Shown here: one piece after another, positions 18,141-26,864 of the stretch
How the letters are laid out: each line of letters opens with the position of its first letter
Numbering within the stretch: position 1 is the stretch's first letter
Origin: Bdellovibrionota bacterium
GTDB taxonomy: Bacteria; Bdellovibrionota_C; UBA2361; OMII01
Assembly: GCA_044345405.1 (NCBI GenBank)
Contig: JBIJBE010000041.1
Location: 1-30,017 of the forward strand
DNA: 30,017 nucleotides
Direction: 5' to 3'
Program-made: the position numbers and the translations under genes
Notes under the pieces: model-generated
The model's database searches: none
Seen by the model: only the letters and a program-made list of their open reading frames with translations
What the model was told of the DNA's origin: nothing

Positions 18141-18238
18141 CGGCGACCAGCCTGTCCCGAGCACAGTCGAGGGAGGAATGGTCGCCCTCCCTATACCGCA
18201 ACCTCGCACCACGGGAGGGCGGTCATTCCTGACCGCCG
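18141..18238. repeat. REP/BIME-like structured repeat, copy 1
   Basis: Two inverted palindromic units. GGGAGGGCGGTCATTCCTGACCGCCG (18213-18238) is identical to 26705-26730. A partial third unit lies at about 18254-18295. Confidence 0.85.
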
Positions 18239-18331
18239 CGTTGCGAAACGCGGAAAATATTCGCGAGTGGCGCACATTCCGGCGACCAGGAATGGAATAA
18301 AACCGGTGTCAGTAATGACTGACAGGCATTT

Positions 18332-19693
18332 CTAAGCTTGCGACTCGCGACCAGTGAGGAAATAACCGGCCGATATTGTCGCTAGAAGCACAAGCCCAAT
18401 CCACACCGTCACCCGTGTAGCCTCAGCGTAGACGAGTATTGCCACAATACCGGTGAGAAAGAGAGCGGCGAAGACCCCTGAAAAGGGCCATGCCGGCATC
18501 CTCCATTTCGGTAGCGGCTGGCCCGCGGCGTTTTGAGCCTGACGGAAGCGCCAATGGGTGTACAGGATCGCCATCCACACAAGGATGCCGATGAAGGTAA
18601 CAGCGGAGGTGAGATACTCGAATGCCTCGGAGGGAGTAACGAAATTGATGAGAACCCCGATGAACAAAAAGAGGATCGTGATGTACATAGCCCGGGCTGG
18701 CACACCGGACTGAGAGAGGTGTCCAAATACAGCGGGGGCGTGCCTGTTGTTGGCGAGCGTATGGAGGATACGTCCACTACTGAAGATCCCACCGTTGCAG
18801 GATGAGAGCGCCGCGGTGATCACAACGAAGTTTATGAGACCCGCCGCTGTCTTCAATCCCATCCCCTCAAATACCTGCACGAACGGGCTGCCATTCACCC
18901 CGATCTCGTTCCACGGAAATATCGACAGAATAACGAGCAGCGCTCCTACATAAAAAATGATGATGCGCCAAACGAAGGAATCGATCGCCATGGGGATAGT
19001 TGTCTCGGGTGACTTTGCCTCACCAGCCGCGATACCAATCATCTCTACGCCAACATACGCGTAGATAACCATCTGCATCGCGAGCACCAGACCTAACGAC
19101 CCGTTTGGCATAAAGCCTCCATGAGCGGTAAGATTAGAGAGCCCGGCAGGTTGCCACACGCCAGGAAAACCAAAGATAATAACGAAAGCTCCCACCGCGA
19201 TCATCAGCAAGATCGTGGCGACCTTGATCAGGGCGAACCAGAATTCGAACTCACCAAAGACCTTAGCGGCGGTGAGGTTAATGCCGCCCATCACGAGAAT
19301 GGAGAGAAAGGCCCACAACCACTGTGGCGAACCGGGGAACCAGAACTCCATGTAGATTCCAACAGCGGTGACCTCGGCGATGGCGATAATACTCCAGTAG
19401 AGCCAGTACCCCCAGCCAACAAGATAGCCGAGAAAGGGGCTCACATACGTCGTGGCGTATTGCGCGAAGGACCCCGTAACAGGCGCGTGTGCCGCCATCT
19501 CACCCAGCGCGCGCAGCACCAAGAACGCTACGATCCCCGCTAGGGTATAGCCGATAAGGATGGAAGGTCCGGCGAGCTTGATCGCCGAGGCTGAACCAAG
19601 AAAGAGCCCTACCCCAATCGTGGAGCCAAGCGCTAAAAGACGCATCTGGCGCACGCCGATTGCGCGTTGAAACCCAGTATTTTCAGGTGTCAT
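18332..19693 (-). CDS. APC-superfamily amino acid permease (AAT family, ProY/YifK-like)
   Basis: ALGSTIGVGLFLGS, ALGEM, FGEFEFWFALIKV, GVEMIGIAAGEAK and SPFV. About 12 hydrophobic segments. Confidence 0.93.
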   Translation of the reverse strand: MTPENTGFQRAIGVRQMRLLALGSTIGVGLFLGSASAIKLAGPSILIGYTLAGIVAFLVLRALGEMAAHAPVTGSFAQYATTYVSPFLGYLVGWGYWLYWSIIAIAEVTAVGIYMEFWFPGSPQWLWAFLSILVMGGINLTAAKVFGEFEFWFALIKVATILLMIAVGAFVIIFGFPGVWQPAGLSNLTAHGGFMPNGSLGLVLAMQMVIYAYVGVEMIGIAAGEAKSPETTIPMAIDSFVWRIIIFYVGALLVILSIFPWNEIGVNGSPFVQVFEGMGLKTAAGLINFVVITAALSSCNGGIFSSGRILHTLANNRHAPAVFGHLSQSGVPARAMYITILFLFIGVLINFVTPSEAFEYLTSAVTFIGILVWMAILYTHWRFRQAQNAAGQPLPKWRMPAWPFSGVFAALFLTGIVAILVYAEATRVTVWIGLVLLATISAGYFLTGRESQA

Positions 19694-19966
19694 GTTGTCC
19701 CCTTACCCACTACCGTTAAAGTCTCCGTGGAGAGGGTACGTGGTTTGAGCGGCCGTTGCCAGGCTATTTTCTCCATTCCGCCGGCAAAGGGGGCACGCTT
19801 CCATTTCTTTAAAAAATTACAGCCCCCTTGTAACTTATGGCCGGGGTATTCAAAAATTCTCCGTCACTGATGAAAGGAAGTTGAGAAAACACTCACCAGA
19901 GACACCGTTGACTCACGTCACCTATCGCAAGTAGCGTCGGTCTATAGAAATAGAGGGAACCCTGGT

Positions 19967-21454
19967 ATGTCTGACTCAATCCATCTCGGTAACGCAGGTT
20001 CGGACCGTAAGGATCTTATCCTCGCCATGGCGAATCGCCACGGGCTTATCGCTGGAGCGACGGGCACGGGTAAAACCGTTACCCTGCGGGTGGTCGCCGA
20101 GGGCCTCAGCAGGAATGGCGTTCCGGTCTTCATGGCGGACGTGAAGGGTGACCTCGCCGGACTCTCGCAACCTGGCACCCTCTCCGAGAAGCTCTCGGAA
20201 CGACTCGCCTCCCTCGGCATTGAGAATTGGACCCCCGAGGCGTTCCCGGTCGTATTTTGGGACGTCTTCGGTGAGCAGGGTCACCCTATCCGAACAACCG
20301 TATCAGAGATCGGCCCCGCCCTCCTGAGCCGTCTCCTCAACCTTAACGATACCCAAGCTGGCGTCCTCACACTCGTCTTTAAGGTCGCCGATGATTCAGG
20401 GCTCCTCTTGCTCGATATCAAAGACCTCCAAGCGATGCTCGTGCACGTTGGAGATAACGCCAAGGACTACACCCTGAAATACGGCAATGTTTCCTCCGCG
20501 AGTATCGGAGCTATCCAACGCGCCGTGCTCGCCCTTCAGGAAGCCGGTGGAGACAAGTTCTTCGGCGAACCCGCTCTCAACATCGACGACCTCCTTCAGA
20601 CCGATTCGAAGGGGCGTGGCGTAATCAACATCTTGAGCGCCGATAAGCTCATGATGTCTCCCCTCATCTACTCAACGTTCTTGTTATGGCTCCTCTCTGA
20701 GCTCTTTGAGCGTCTCCCTGAGGAGGGAGACCTCACGAAGCCAAAGCTTGTCTTCTTCTTTGATGAGGCGCACCTCCTCTTTAACGACGCGCCGAAAGCG
20801 CTCGTTGAGAAGATCGAACAGGTGGTGCGATTGATCCGATCCAAAGGGGTCGGGGTCTACTTTGTTTCGCAAAGCTCAACGGATATCGCCGATTCGGTAC
20901 TTGCGCAGCTCGGGAACCGGGTACAACACGCCCTTCGAGCATTCACCGCGAAGGATCAGAAGCAGCTCAAAGCGACCGCCGAGACCTTTCGATCCGATGG
21001 CTCATTTGATCTTCAAGCGGCGATCGGAGAGCTCGCGATCGGCGAAGCGCTCGTCTCCCTCCTTGATGAGAAAGGAACTCCAACGATCGCGCAACGCGTC
21101 ATGATAGCCCCACCCTCGAGTAGATTGGGCCCTATCACCCCAGCGGAGAGAAACGCGACGATCTCGTCCTCGGTAGTCAGTGGCGTCTATGAAAAGAGCG
21201 TCGATCGGGAATCCGCCTACGAGATCCTTACCAAAAAGATCGAGGAGGAATCACCAAAAGAAACCAATGAGCGGAACGAAGGCTCAATGCTCGATTCCCT
21301 CTTCGGCGGCGGCTCATCATCGGGAGGCCGACGCCGGCAAAATCCCCTTGAAGCGATGATCTCAAGTGCTGCCCGCTCTATCGGAAGCCAGATCGGACGG
21401 AGCATCACTCGGGGAATATTCGGTTCCGTTTCGGGACGACCGCGGCGAAGATAA
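19967..21454 (+). CDS. DUF853 / HerA-like P-loop ATPase (YjgR-like)
   Basis: ANRHGLIAGATGTGKT, ADVKGDL, FFDEAHLLF, RLIRSKGVG, QLGNRVQHALRAFT. Confidence 0.93.
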   Translation: MSDSIHLGNAGSDRKDLILAMANRHGLIAGATGTGKTVTLRVVAEGLSRNGVPVFMADVKGDLAGLSQPGTLSEKLSERLASLGIENWTPEAFPVVFWDVFGEQGHPIRTTVSEIGPALLSRLLNLNDTQAGVLTLVFKVADDSGLLLLDIKDLQAMLVHVGDNAKDYTLKYGNVSSASIGAIQRAVLALQEAGGDKFFGEPALNIDDLLQTDSKGRGVINILSADKLMMSPLIYSTFLLWLLSELFERLPEEGDLTKPKLVFFFDEAHLLFNDAPKALVEKIEQVVRLIRSKGVGVYFVSQSSTDIADSVLAQLGNRVQHALRAFTAKDQKQLKATAETFRSDGSFDLQAAIGELAIGEALVSLLDEKGTPTIAQRVMIAPPSSRLGPITPAERNATISSSVVSGVYEKSVDRESAYEILTKKIEEESPKETNERNEGSMLDSLFGGGSSSGGRRRQNPLEAMISSAARSIGSQIGRSITRGIFGSVSGRPRRR

Positions 21455-21475
21455 AAGTCGTGCCAGTCACGACGT

Positions 21476-21805
21476 TTACTCGCCGTAGATGATGACCTCA
21501 TCTCGACGCCAAAGGCCCAAGAGAATGGATTCTCTCCTGCTATCACACCCATAGACGGTGGTAATACCGTGCTCCTTGGCGATATCACCGATAGCGCGAG
21601 AATCCCACTCGGCACCGATGTCTACACGGGTGGTTGGGATCTCTACCCGCTTGGAGCTTCCAGAGGCGGCCTTGCTCCCAAGGGTCGTGCTACGAAGATC
21701 TTTGCAGAGTGGCTGGGTGGTATCGGTGTAGATGAGTCCACGGGATATCACTCCACAACCGGAGAGAGTTAGCGCGAACACAAGCGTCACAAGCTTCACC
21801 ACCAC
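21476..21805 (-). CDS. TRL-like lipoprotein
   Basis: Lipobox LSGC; GSK..S, IGDIAKEHGIT.V and C-terminal IYGE. GTG start at 21805 with GGAG 6 nt upstream. Confidence 0.75.
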   Translation of the reverse strand: MVVKLVTLVFALTLSGCGVISRGLIYTDTTQPLCKDLRSTTLGSKAASGSSKRVEIPTTRVDIGAEWDSRAIGDIAKEHGITTVYGCDSRRESILLGLWRRDEVIIYGE

Positions 21806-21824
21806 GCCACGCTCCGTATGAACG

Positions 21825-22112
21825 TTAATCACCGTACACGATCGTATCGCGTCGAATGTAGGCTCCGAAGAAGTAGCTCTCAATCCCCATATCCATGTGA
21901 TTGATCGTCGTAATTCCGCCATTTTCCGCCGCGTGTTTCACGCCGGCATCTCCCCACGCCACGAGCCACAAGATGGAGTAATTGGAGGCGACTCCGACCT
22001 TCGTTCCGAGCTCGGTCTTCCAGAGATCTTCATCGAGAGGCACTCGAATATTGCTGTACACACATCCTGACAAGACGCTCATGACAACGGCGAAGCAGAG
22101 GAGCTTTTTCAT
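21825..22112 (-). CDS. TRL-like lipoprotein
   Basis: MKKLLCFAVVMSVLSGC lipobox; GTKVG.AS..SILWLVAWGDAG..AA.NGGI..I.H.D...TIVYGD. Start at ATG 22112. Confidence 0.85.
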   Translation of the reverse strand: MKKLLCFAVVMSVLSGCVYSNIRVPLDEDLWKTELGTKVGVASNYSILWLVAWGDAGVKHAAENGGITTINHMDMGIESYFFGAYIRRDTIVYGD

Positions 22113-22313
22113 AGGAGATACCTTACGATTCAAGACATGGCGATTGTGGCCTCTTGTCAGCCAGCCGACAAGGTCCTGAGTCACATACAGAACCAAATCT
22201 TCAGGGTCTTCCCCCAAAGCGTAAGACTGAATATTTACAGACACTTAGGCGCCCGTAAATCGAAGACTCATAGAAACTCGCGTTTATACCGATAGCCAAC
22301 CTGAGGGAGCGAG

Positions 22314-23345
22314 ATGAACAAGGGCGAAACATACAACAACCTTTCTACGGCGGGTGATACGCGGGACCTATCCATCCCTTCGACAACGCCACGCGCGCCC
22401 TCGACACCAGATGCCGCGATCTGCGAGGCAACCAAACGAGAACACTCACGCGAGGCGGACTTCTTTTCAACGCTCCTCTCACAACATCGAGAGCACGCTC
22501 GCTCGTTCATTGAGGTCTACGAGGCGGCGACCGACCTCGTGACCGCTATCGACACCCTCCTTGTCAGACACGCCGAAAAGTTCGGATTTAATCGAGACGA
22601 GGAGTTCAACCGGTTCGGAGACTCACTCTTTAAGGACGTCACATCAGAGGTTTCGAACGCGGCGGAGCGTCTTGCCGCTCGTTACTTTTTAGAGAACGAG
22701 AGAACAAAACATGAGGCGAAACACGCGGCCGTCCTCGCGAGCGCGCGTGAGTTCGTATCGCTCATGAGGGCCGCGCAACAAGAGGGTAAGATTCCACACG
22801 AACTCCTCGCGAGGGACGCCTTCAAGCTTATCGCTCAAAACATCACCGCCATCTCCCTACAGGACCGAGGAAGCGATGTGACCACTATCGTTGAACTGGA
22901 CGCGCAACATCTCATGGAGCAAGAACTCCAAGGGTGCATGCAGCTCGCTGATGCCCTCATTGAGCAAGGGGGCGACCTTTCAGCGATGGATAAGATCCTG
23001 CTGCACCAGAGCGCGGTGTACCATCGCGTGGGACTCATGATTCCACCTGTGCTTGAGGCGATAGCTCGGAAAGGGATGAACGGAACCGAGCTCGGTATCC
23101 CGATGTTGGCCGCGCACTACGTTCGAAGTCAGTACGACGATCCCTCCTCTGTTTGGCAGGTTATCTTCGCCGCGGAAGAGTTCGATCTGATGCATCGAGC
23201 GGTACTGTACCAGGACAAAACTCCACAAAGCGCCTCCGATATGGCGCTCCAGGTCGCTCCTACATCAACGAGCGGCACTCGCGAGCACAACATCGAAGCG
23301 ATAGTCCGCATCGCGCACCGGACAGACGAGGAGCTCGGTTCATAG
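22314..23345 (+). CDS. hypothetical protein (predicted helical)
   Basis: 343-aa ORF with GGGAG RBS. No recognised motif. Confidence 0.7.
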   Translation: MNKGETYNNLSTAGDTRDLSIPSTTPRAPSTPDAAICEATKREHSREADFFSTLLSQHREHARSFIEVYEAATDLVTAIDTLLVRHAEKFGFNRDEEFNRFGDSLFKDVTSEVSNAAERLAARYFLENERTKHEAKHAAVLASAREFVSLMRAAQQEGKIPHELLARDAFKLIAQNITAISLQDRGSDVTTIVELDAQHLMEQELQGCMQLADALIEQGGDLSAMDKILLHQSAVYHRVGLMIPPVLEAIARKGMNGTELGIPMLAAHYVRSQYDDPSSVWQVIFAAEEFDLMHRAVLYQDKTPQSASDMALQVAPTSTSGTREHNIEAIVRIAHRTDEELGS

Positions 23346-23579
23346 CCACGTCGCCTTACGGACGCGACAACGCTCCCAACCTGAAGGCCTCATCTTTTAG
23401 GTCTCCCACCCTGAAACAGTTGCAGCGTAGCGTATCATCACCTATTTCAATCACGCTCGAGGGATGTCTCGGCGCGCTCCTCCGTCGCGCTTGAACACCT
23501 CCCCTGCTCGGCGACATATCGAGCTTCCCTCTCCCCGTTATTAGTAAATGAAACGATAAACGCTCACAGGGAGACCTCT

Positions 23580-24173
23580 ATGCCACTCATTCATTCCATC
23601 CTCGCGCTCGCCTTCGGGCTCGTTATCGCTACAACTCAACCACTTCAGGCTCAGTCGAACACAGCTATCGGTTCGGGGGTTACAACACTACGGTTCGATC
23701 AATCCTTTGAATCAACGATGACAACAGCGGGACTTACCCTTGGAGCTGTCCAAGAATCAACCGTTCTTCAGGGGCTATTCATCTTCCCAGTCGTGGAGGG
23801 CACGGTCGATCTTGATAACGCTCGCGGTGACGTGATCCACGCGGGGGGATTTCATCTTGTGGGACAAAGCTTAGACGTCACGTTTCTAAACTTATTGCTG
23901 GATACGACGGGTGCGACGTCGTACGTGACGGCGAACCTGGTCGTCAACAACGCGATGATCCTACGAACTCCACTCTTTAACCTCCAGCTTCCTCCGCTTA
24001 CCCTACCACTCGATGTGCGGAATGGTCGGATAGATATCTCCTCAACCTCAGTGACCCTTCGGCCTGAGGCGGCGGAGATCTTGAACCGACTCCTCTCCTC
24101 AACAACGTTCACGGACGGACAACCGGTGGGAAGGTCGGAGATGACGTGGATACTCGGACAGAGCGGTGTGTAA
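23580..24173 (+). CDS. hypothetical secreted beta-rich protein (possibly HtaA-like fold)
   Basis: Signal peptide ending LQA-Q and GGAG RBS. The FPVVEG.V...GDVIHAGG pattern loosely recalls HtaA-like proteins. Confidence 0.7.
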   Translation: MPLIHSILALAFGLVIATTQPLQAQSNTAIGSGVTTLRFDQSFESTMTTAGLTLGAVQESTVLQGLFIFPVVEGTVDLDNARGDVIHAGGFHLVGQSLDVTFLNLLLDTTGATSYVTANLVVNNAMILRTPLFNLQLPPLTLPLDVRNGRIDISSTSVTLRPEAAEILNRLLSSTTFTDGQPVGRSEMTWILGQSGV

Positions 24174-24177
24174 TCAC

Positions 24178-24525
24178 ATGACACAAATTCTCACACCATG
24201 GCGGCTCGTCGTGGTCAGCGTTACGCTGGTGACATGCACGAAGAGCGCCATCGCTGAATGCCGAATGGTCGAGGACCGGGGCAACGGGGAGATAGTGCGT
24301 GAGTGCGACGGGCCAAGCGAGCATCTCCCGGTATGCGGAAGTGAGTACGACACGGGCGATCGCTGCATTGCATCGAGAAACCGGCGACGTCCTATTCGGA
24401 TACCGACCCTTCCACCGCCACGCCCTCGCATCCATGAATCGGAGACACCAAGAAATCCCGCGGGTCCGCCACCGCGCGCCCCCGGCGCCCCTTGGCCTAA
24501 TCCGGCGGAGAGATACAAGAATTAG
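24178..24525 (+). CDS. small secreted Cys-containing protein with Pro-rich tail
   Basis: Signal-like N-terminus, 4 Cys in the mature part, Pro/Arg-rich C-terminus. ATG 4 nt after the preceding stop. Confidence 0.5.
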   Translation: MTQILTPWRLVVVSVTLVTCTKSAIAECRMVEDRGNGEIVRECDGPSEHLPVCGSEYDTGDRCIASRNRRRPIRIPTLPPPRPRIHESETPRNPAGPPPRAPGAPWPNPAERYKN

Positions 24526-24579
24526 AGCACTCCGCTATTCAGGAACGCCCCAAACTTTCAGATTAAGACTAGGAGTGGG

Positions 24580-25167
24580 ATGGTGAGGTTGGTTAACGCC
24601 CCGAGTTCCGGTAGCCTGATCCGCATGGAACACTCATTCGATAACGCCCACTTCTGGAACGCCCTCACCCAGGGAGGCGAACAGGCGCGCTCCGCTATTC
24701 AAAACTTCCATAAACTTTCTGAGCTGGCGCGGGACGCCGCTATCGCCAAGGTCTTCCAACAAGCGTCTCAGACCATCGACGACCTCCGTACACTAGAGAA
24801 GGCAAACAACAGAGCCGAGTTCAAAGCAAAGAAAGACGGCCTCTGCACCCTTTTGGAGTCGATTCCAGCTCTGGTGACGACACCGGAAGGACGCACGACC
24901 GCCATCACGCAGATTCAGGGCATCGATGTGAAATCTCGAGCTCTCATGGACATGGACATCCTCATCAAATGTGATGATGTGGAAACCGCGCTCAAACGTT
25001 CTCAGCGTGAGACCCCCTTGCGGGCTCCTAAGGTTATCGACGTCAGTAGCATCGAGGAGCTTGAGAAGCAGCTTGGCACCAAACTTCCTCCCGAGGTCAT
25101 CGATCAGATTAAAAAAGAGGGTGGCGCCGTTATCCTTGGGCTAGTCGTCAAGAAAAAGGATGCCTAG
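24580..25167 (+). CDS. hypothetical protein
   Basis: 195-aa ORF with AGGAG upstream. The start could be 24580, 24583 or 24625. Confidence 0.68.
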   Translation: MVRLVNAPSSGSLIRMEHSFDNAHFWNALTQGGEQARSAIQNFHKLSELARDAAIAKVFQQASQTIDDLRTLEKANNRAEFKAKKDGLCTLLESIPALVTTPEGRTTAITQIQGIDVKSRALMDMDILIKCDDVETALKRSQRETPLRAPKVIDVSSIEELEKQLGTKLPPEVIDQIKKEGGAVILGLVVKKKDA

Positions 25168-25263
25168 CCTGCAAGGCTCCTCCCCCCTTGCTCATTCATA
25201 GGTCCCTCGGAAAAGTCTCCCCCTTTATCTTTCCACCTTTTCCGACTAGATCTGAGTACAGCC

Positions 25264-26337
25264 ATGCGAGTGCTCGTCATAGGAACCACCGTCGACAAAC
25301 CAGAGGCCCATATCCTTCAGGGACTTATGGCCCGTGGTGTGCATGTTCACTTTATGGGCACACCGATTCCCGAACATGAGGCGATCCTCAAAGCCAGTGG
25401 CGCATCGATAACGCGCCACAACTTCGCGCACCGGTTTGACCTCAAAGGGATCTCGCTTATCCGGAAGATCGTTCGAGAGGACAAGATCGATCTGGTCTAC
25501 GCGCTCTCCAATCGAGGACTCTCCTGCACCGTGCTTGGACTCATGAATCAGAGGATCCCGATCGCAACCTACCGAGGAACGGTCGGTCACTTGAGTTGGT
25601 TCGATCCCTCATCGTGGCTCACCTTCCTCAATCCCAAGATTCAGAAGATCCTCTGCGTTTCTGATGCGGTCGCCCAGTATCTACGGGAGATAAAGCTCCC
25701 AGAAGAGCGGATCGTGACGATCTACAAGGGACACGATATCGAGTGGTACCGGGGCACCCCTCCCCCTCGCGCCTCCCTTGGATTACCTGACGACGCCTTC
25801 GTTGTCGGATGCACCGCGATGATGCGTCCTGTAAAAGGGGTCGACGTTCTCATCCAGGCCGTCGCCTCGCTCCTCAGTGAGCTTCCACACCTGCACCTCA
25901 TCCTCATCGGTGGGATTAAGGATCCAGTTATCGAGAAGCTCGTGGATACCTTCCCCGAGCCCTCTCGTTTGCACCTCACCGGATACCGAAACGACGCGAC
26001 CCAACTCGCCACCCTCTGTGATGTCACCGTCATGGCCTCTAAAACGCGAGAGGGATTCCCCAAATCAGTTATTGAGGCGATGTCGCAGGGAGTACCCGCT
26101 ATCGTAACCAACGTTGGAGGGATGCCCGAGCTCGTCGGCCACGGAAGCGCGGGAATAGTCGTTCCACCCTCAGACGTGCCAGCGCTCGCTAACGCGATAC
26201 GAACGCTCTACAACGACAGAGAACGAGCGCGGGAGCTCGGTCGGCTTGGGCAACGACGGATTGTGGAGGTATTCAATGTCTCCACTACTGTTGAGAGGAT
26301 GTACGGGGTGTTTGAGGAGCTTGTGCGTAAGTCGTAA
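25264..26337 (+). CDS. glycosyltransferase family 4 (GT-B)
   Basis: PVKGVDVLIQA, EGFPKSVIEAMSQGVPAIVTNVGGMPE (EX7E motif). Confidence 0.93.
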   Translation: MRVLVIGTTVDKPEAHILQGLMARGVHVHFMGTPIPEHEAILKASGASITRHNFAHRFDLKGISLIRKIVREDKIDLVYALSNRGLSCTVLGLMNQRIPIATYRGTVGHLSWFDPSSWLTFLNPKIQKILCVSDAVAQYLREIKLPEERIVTIYKGHDIEWYRGTPPPRASLGLPDDAFVVGCTAMMRPVKGVDVLIQAVASLLSELPHLHLILIGGIKDPVIEKLVDTFPEPSRLHLTGYRNDATQLATLCDVTVMASKTREGFPKSVIEAMSQGVPAIVTNVGGMPELVGHGSAGIVVPPSDVPALANAIRTLYNDRERARELGRLGQRRIVEVFNVSTTVERMYGVFEELVRKS

Positions 26338-26340
26338 AAG

Positions 26341-26560
26341 ATCGTTGACGATGACGTCGACGTAGGACGTGAATCGTTTAACGTTGACGTGGGACGTTGG
26401 ACGTTGGACGTGAGACGTGAGACGTGAGACGTGAGACGTGAGACGTGAGACGTGAGACGTGAGACGTGAGACGTGAGACGTGAGACGTGAGACGTGAGAC
26501 GTGAGACGTGAGACGTTAAACGGTGTGCGTCTTATGTCAACATCAAACGTCAACGTAGGA
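26341..26560. repeat. ACGT-core element with (TGAGACG)15
   Basis: Leader at 26349-26363, degenerate heptamers, then 15 perfect TGAGACG (26411-26515), then a CGTCAA-type tail. Confidence 0.95.
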
Positions 26561-26633
26561 TGTCCAACATGAACCGGCTACGGACAACGGTTTACGTGTT
26601 TGAAGCAAAGGTCCTAAGAAGCACGCGACCTTT

Positions 26634-26730
26634 CGGCGAGCGACCTGTCCCGAGCAACGTCGAGGGAGGAATGCTCGCCCTCCCGCCGTGCGAGCCCGTG
26701 ATCTGGGAGGGCGGTCATTCCTGACCGCCG
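26634..26730. repeat. REP/BIME-like structured repeat, copy 2
   Basis: Homologous to 18141-18238, with the same nested CCTGTCCCGAGC...GTCGAGGGA insert. Confidence 0.85.
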
Positions 26731-26734
26731 GGTT

Positions 26735-26858
26735 CGATGACGTCGACGTAGGACGTCAAACGTGAGACGTGAGACGTGAGACGTGAGACGGTGTACGTCT
26801 TACGTCAACGTCTTACGTCAACGTCAACGTCAAACGTCACACGTCAAACGTCAACGAT
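26735..26858. repeat. ACGT-core element with (TGAGACG)4
   Basis: Leader at 26735-26749, 4 units at 26763-26790, ACGTCA(A) tail ending CGTCAACGAT. Confidence 0.92.
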
Positions 26859-26864
26859 ACCCCC

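Noticed and set aside
18078-18335. Three short overlapping ORFs
   Set aside because: They coincide with the GC-rich REP-like repeat and show no protein features.
26170-26553. 127-aa minus-strand ORF with SRLTSHV repeats
   Set aside because: Same heptamer artefact, and it overlaps the GT4 gene antisense.
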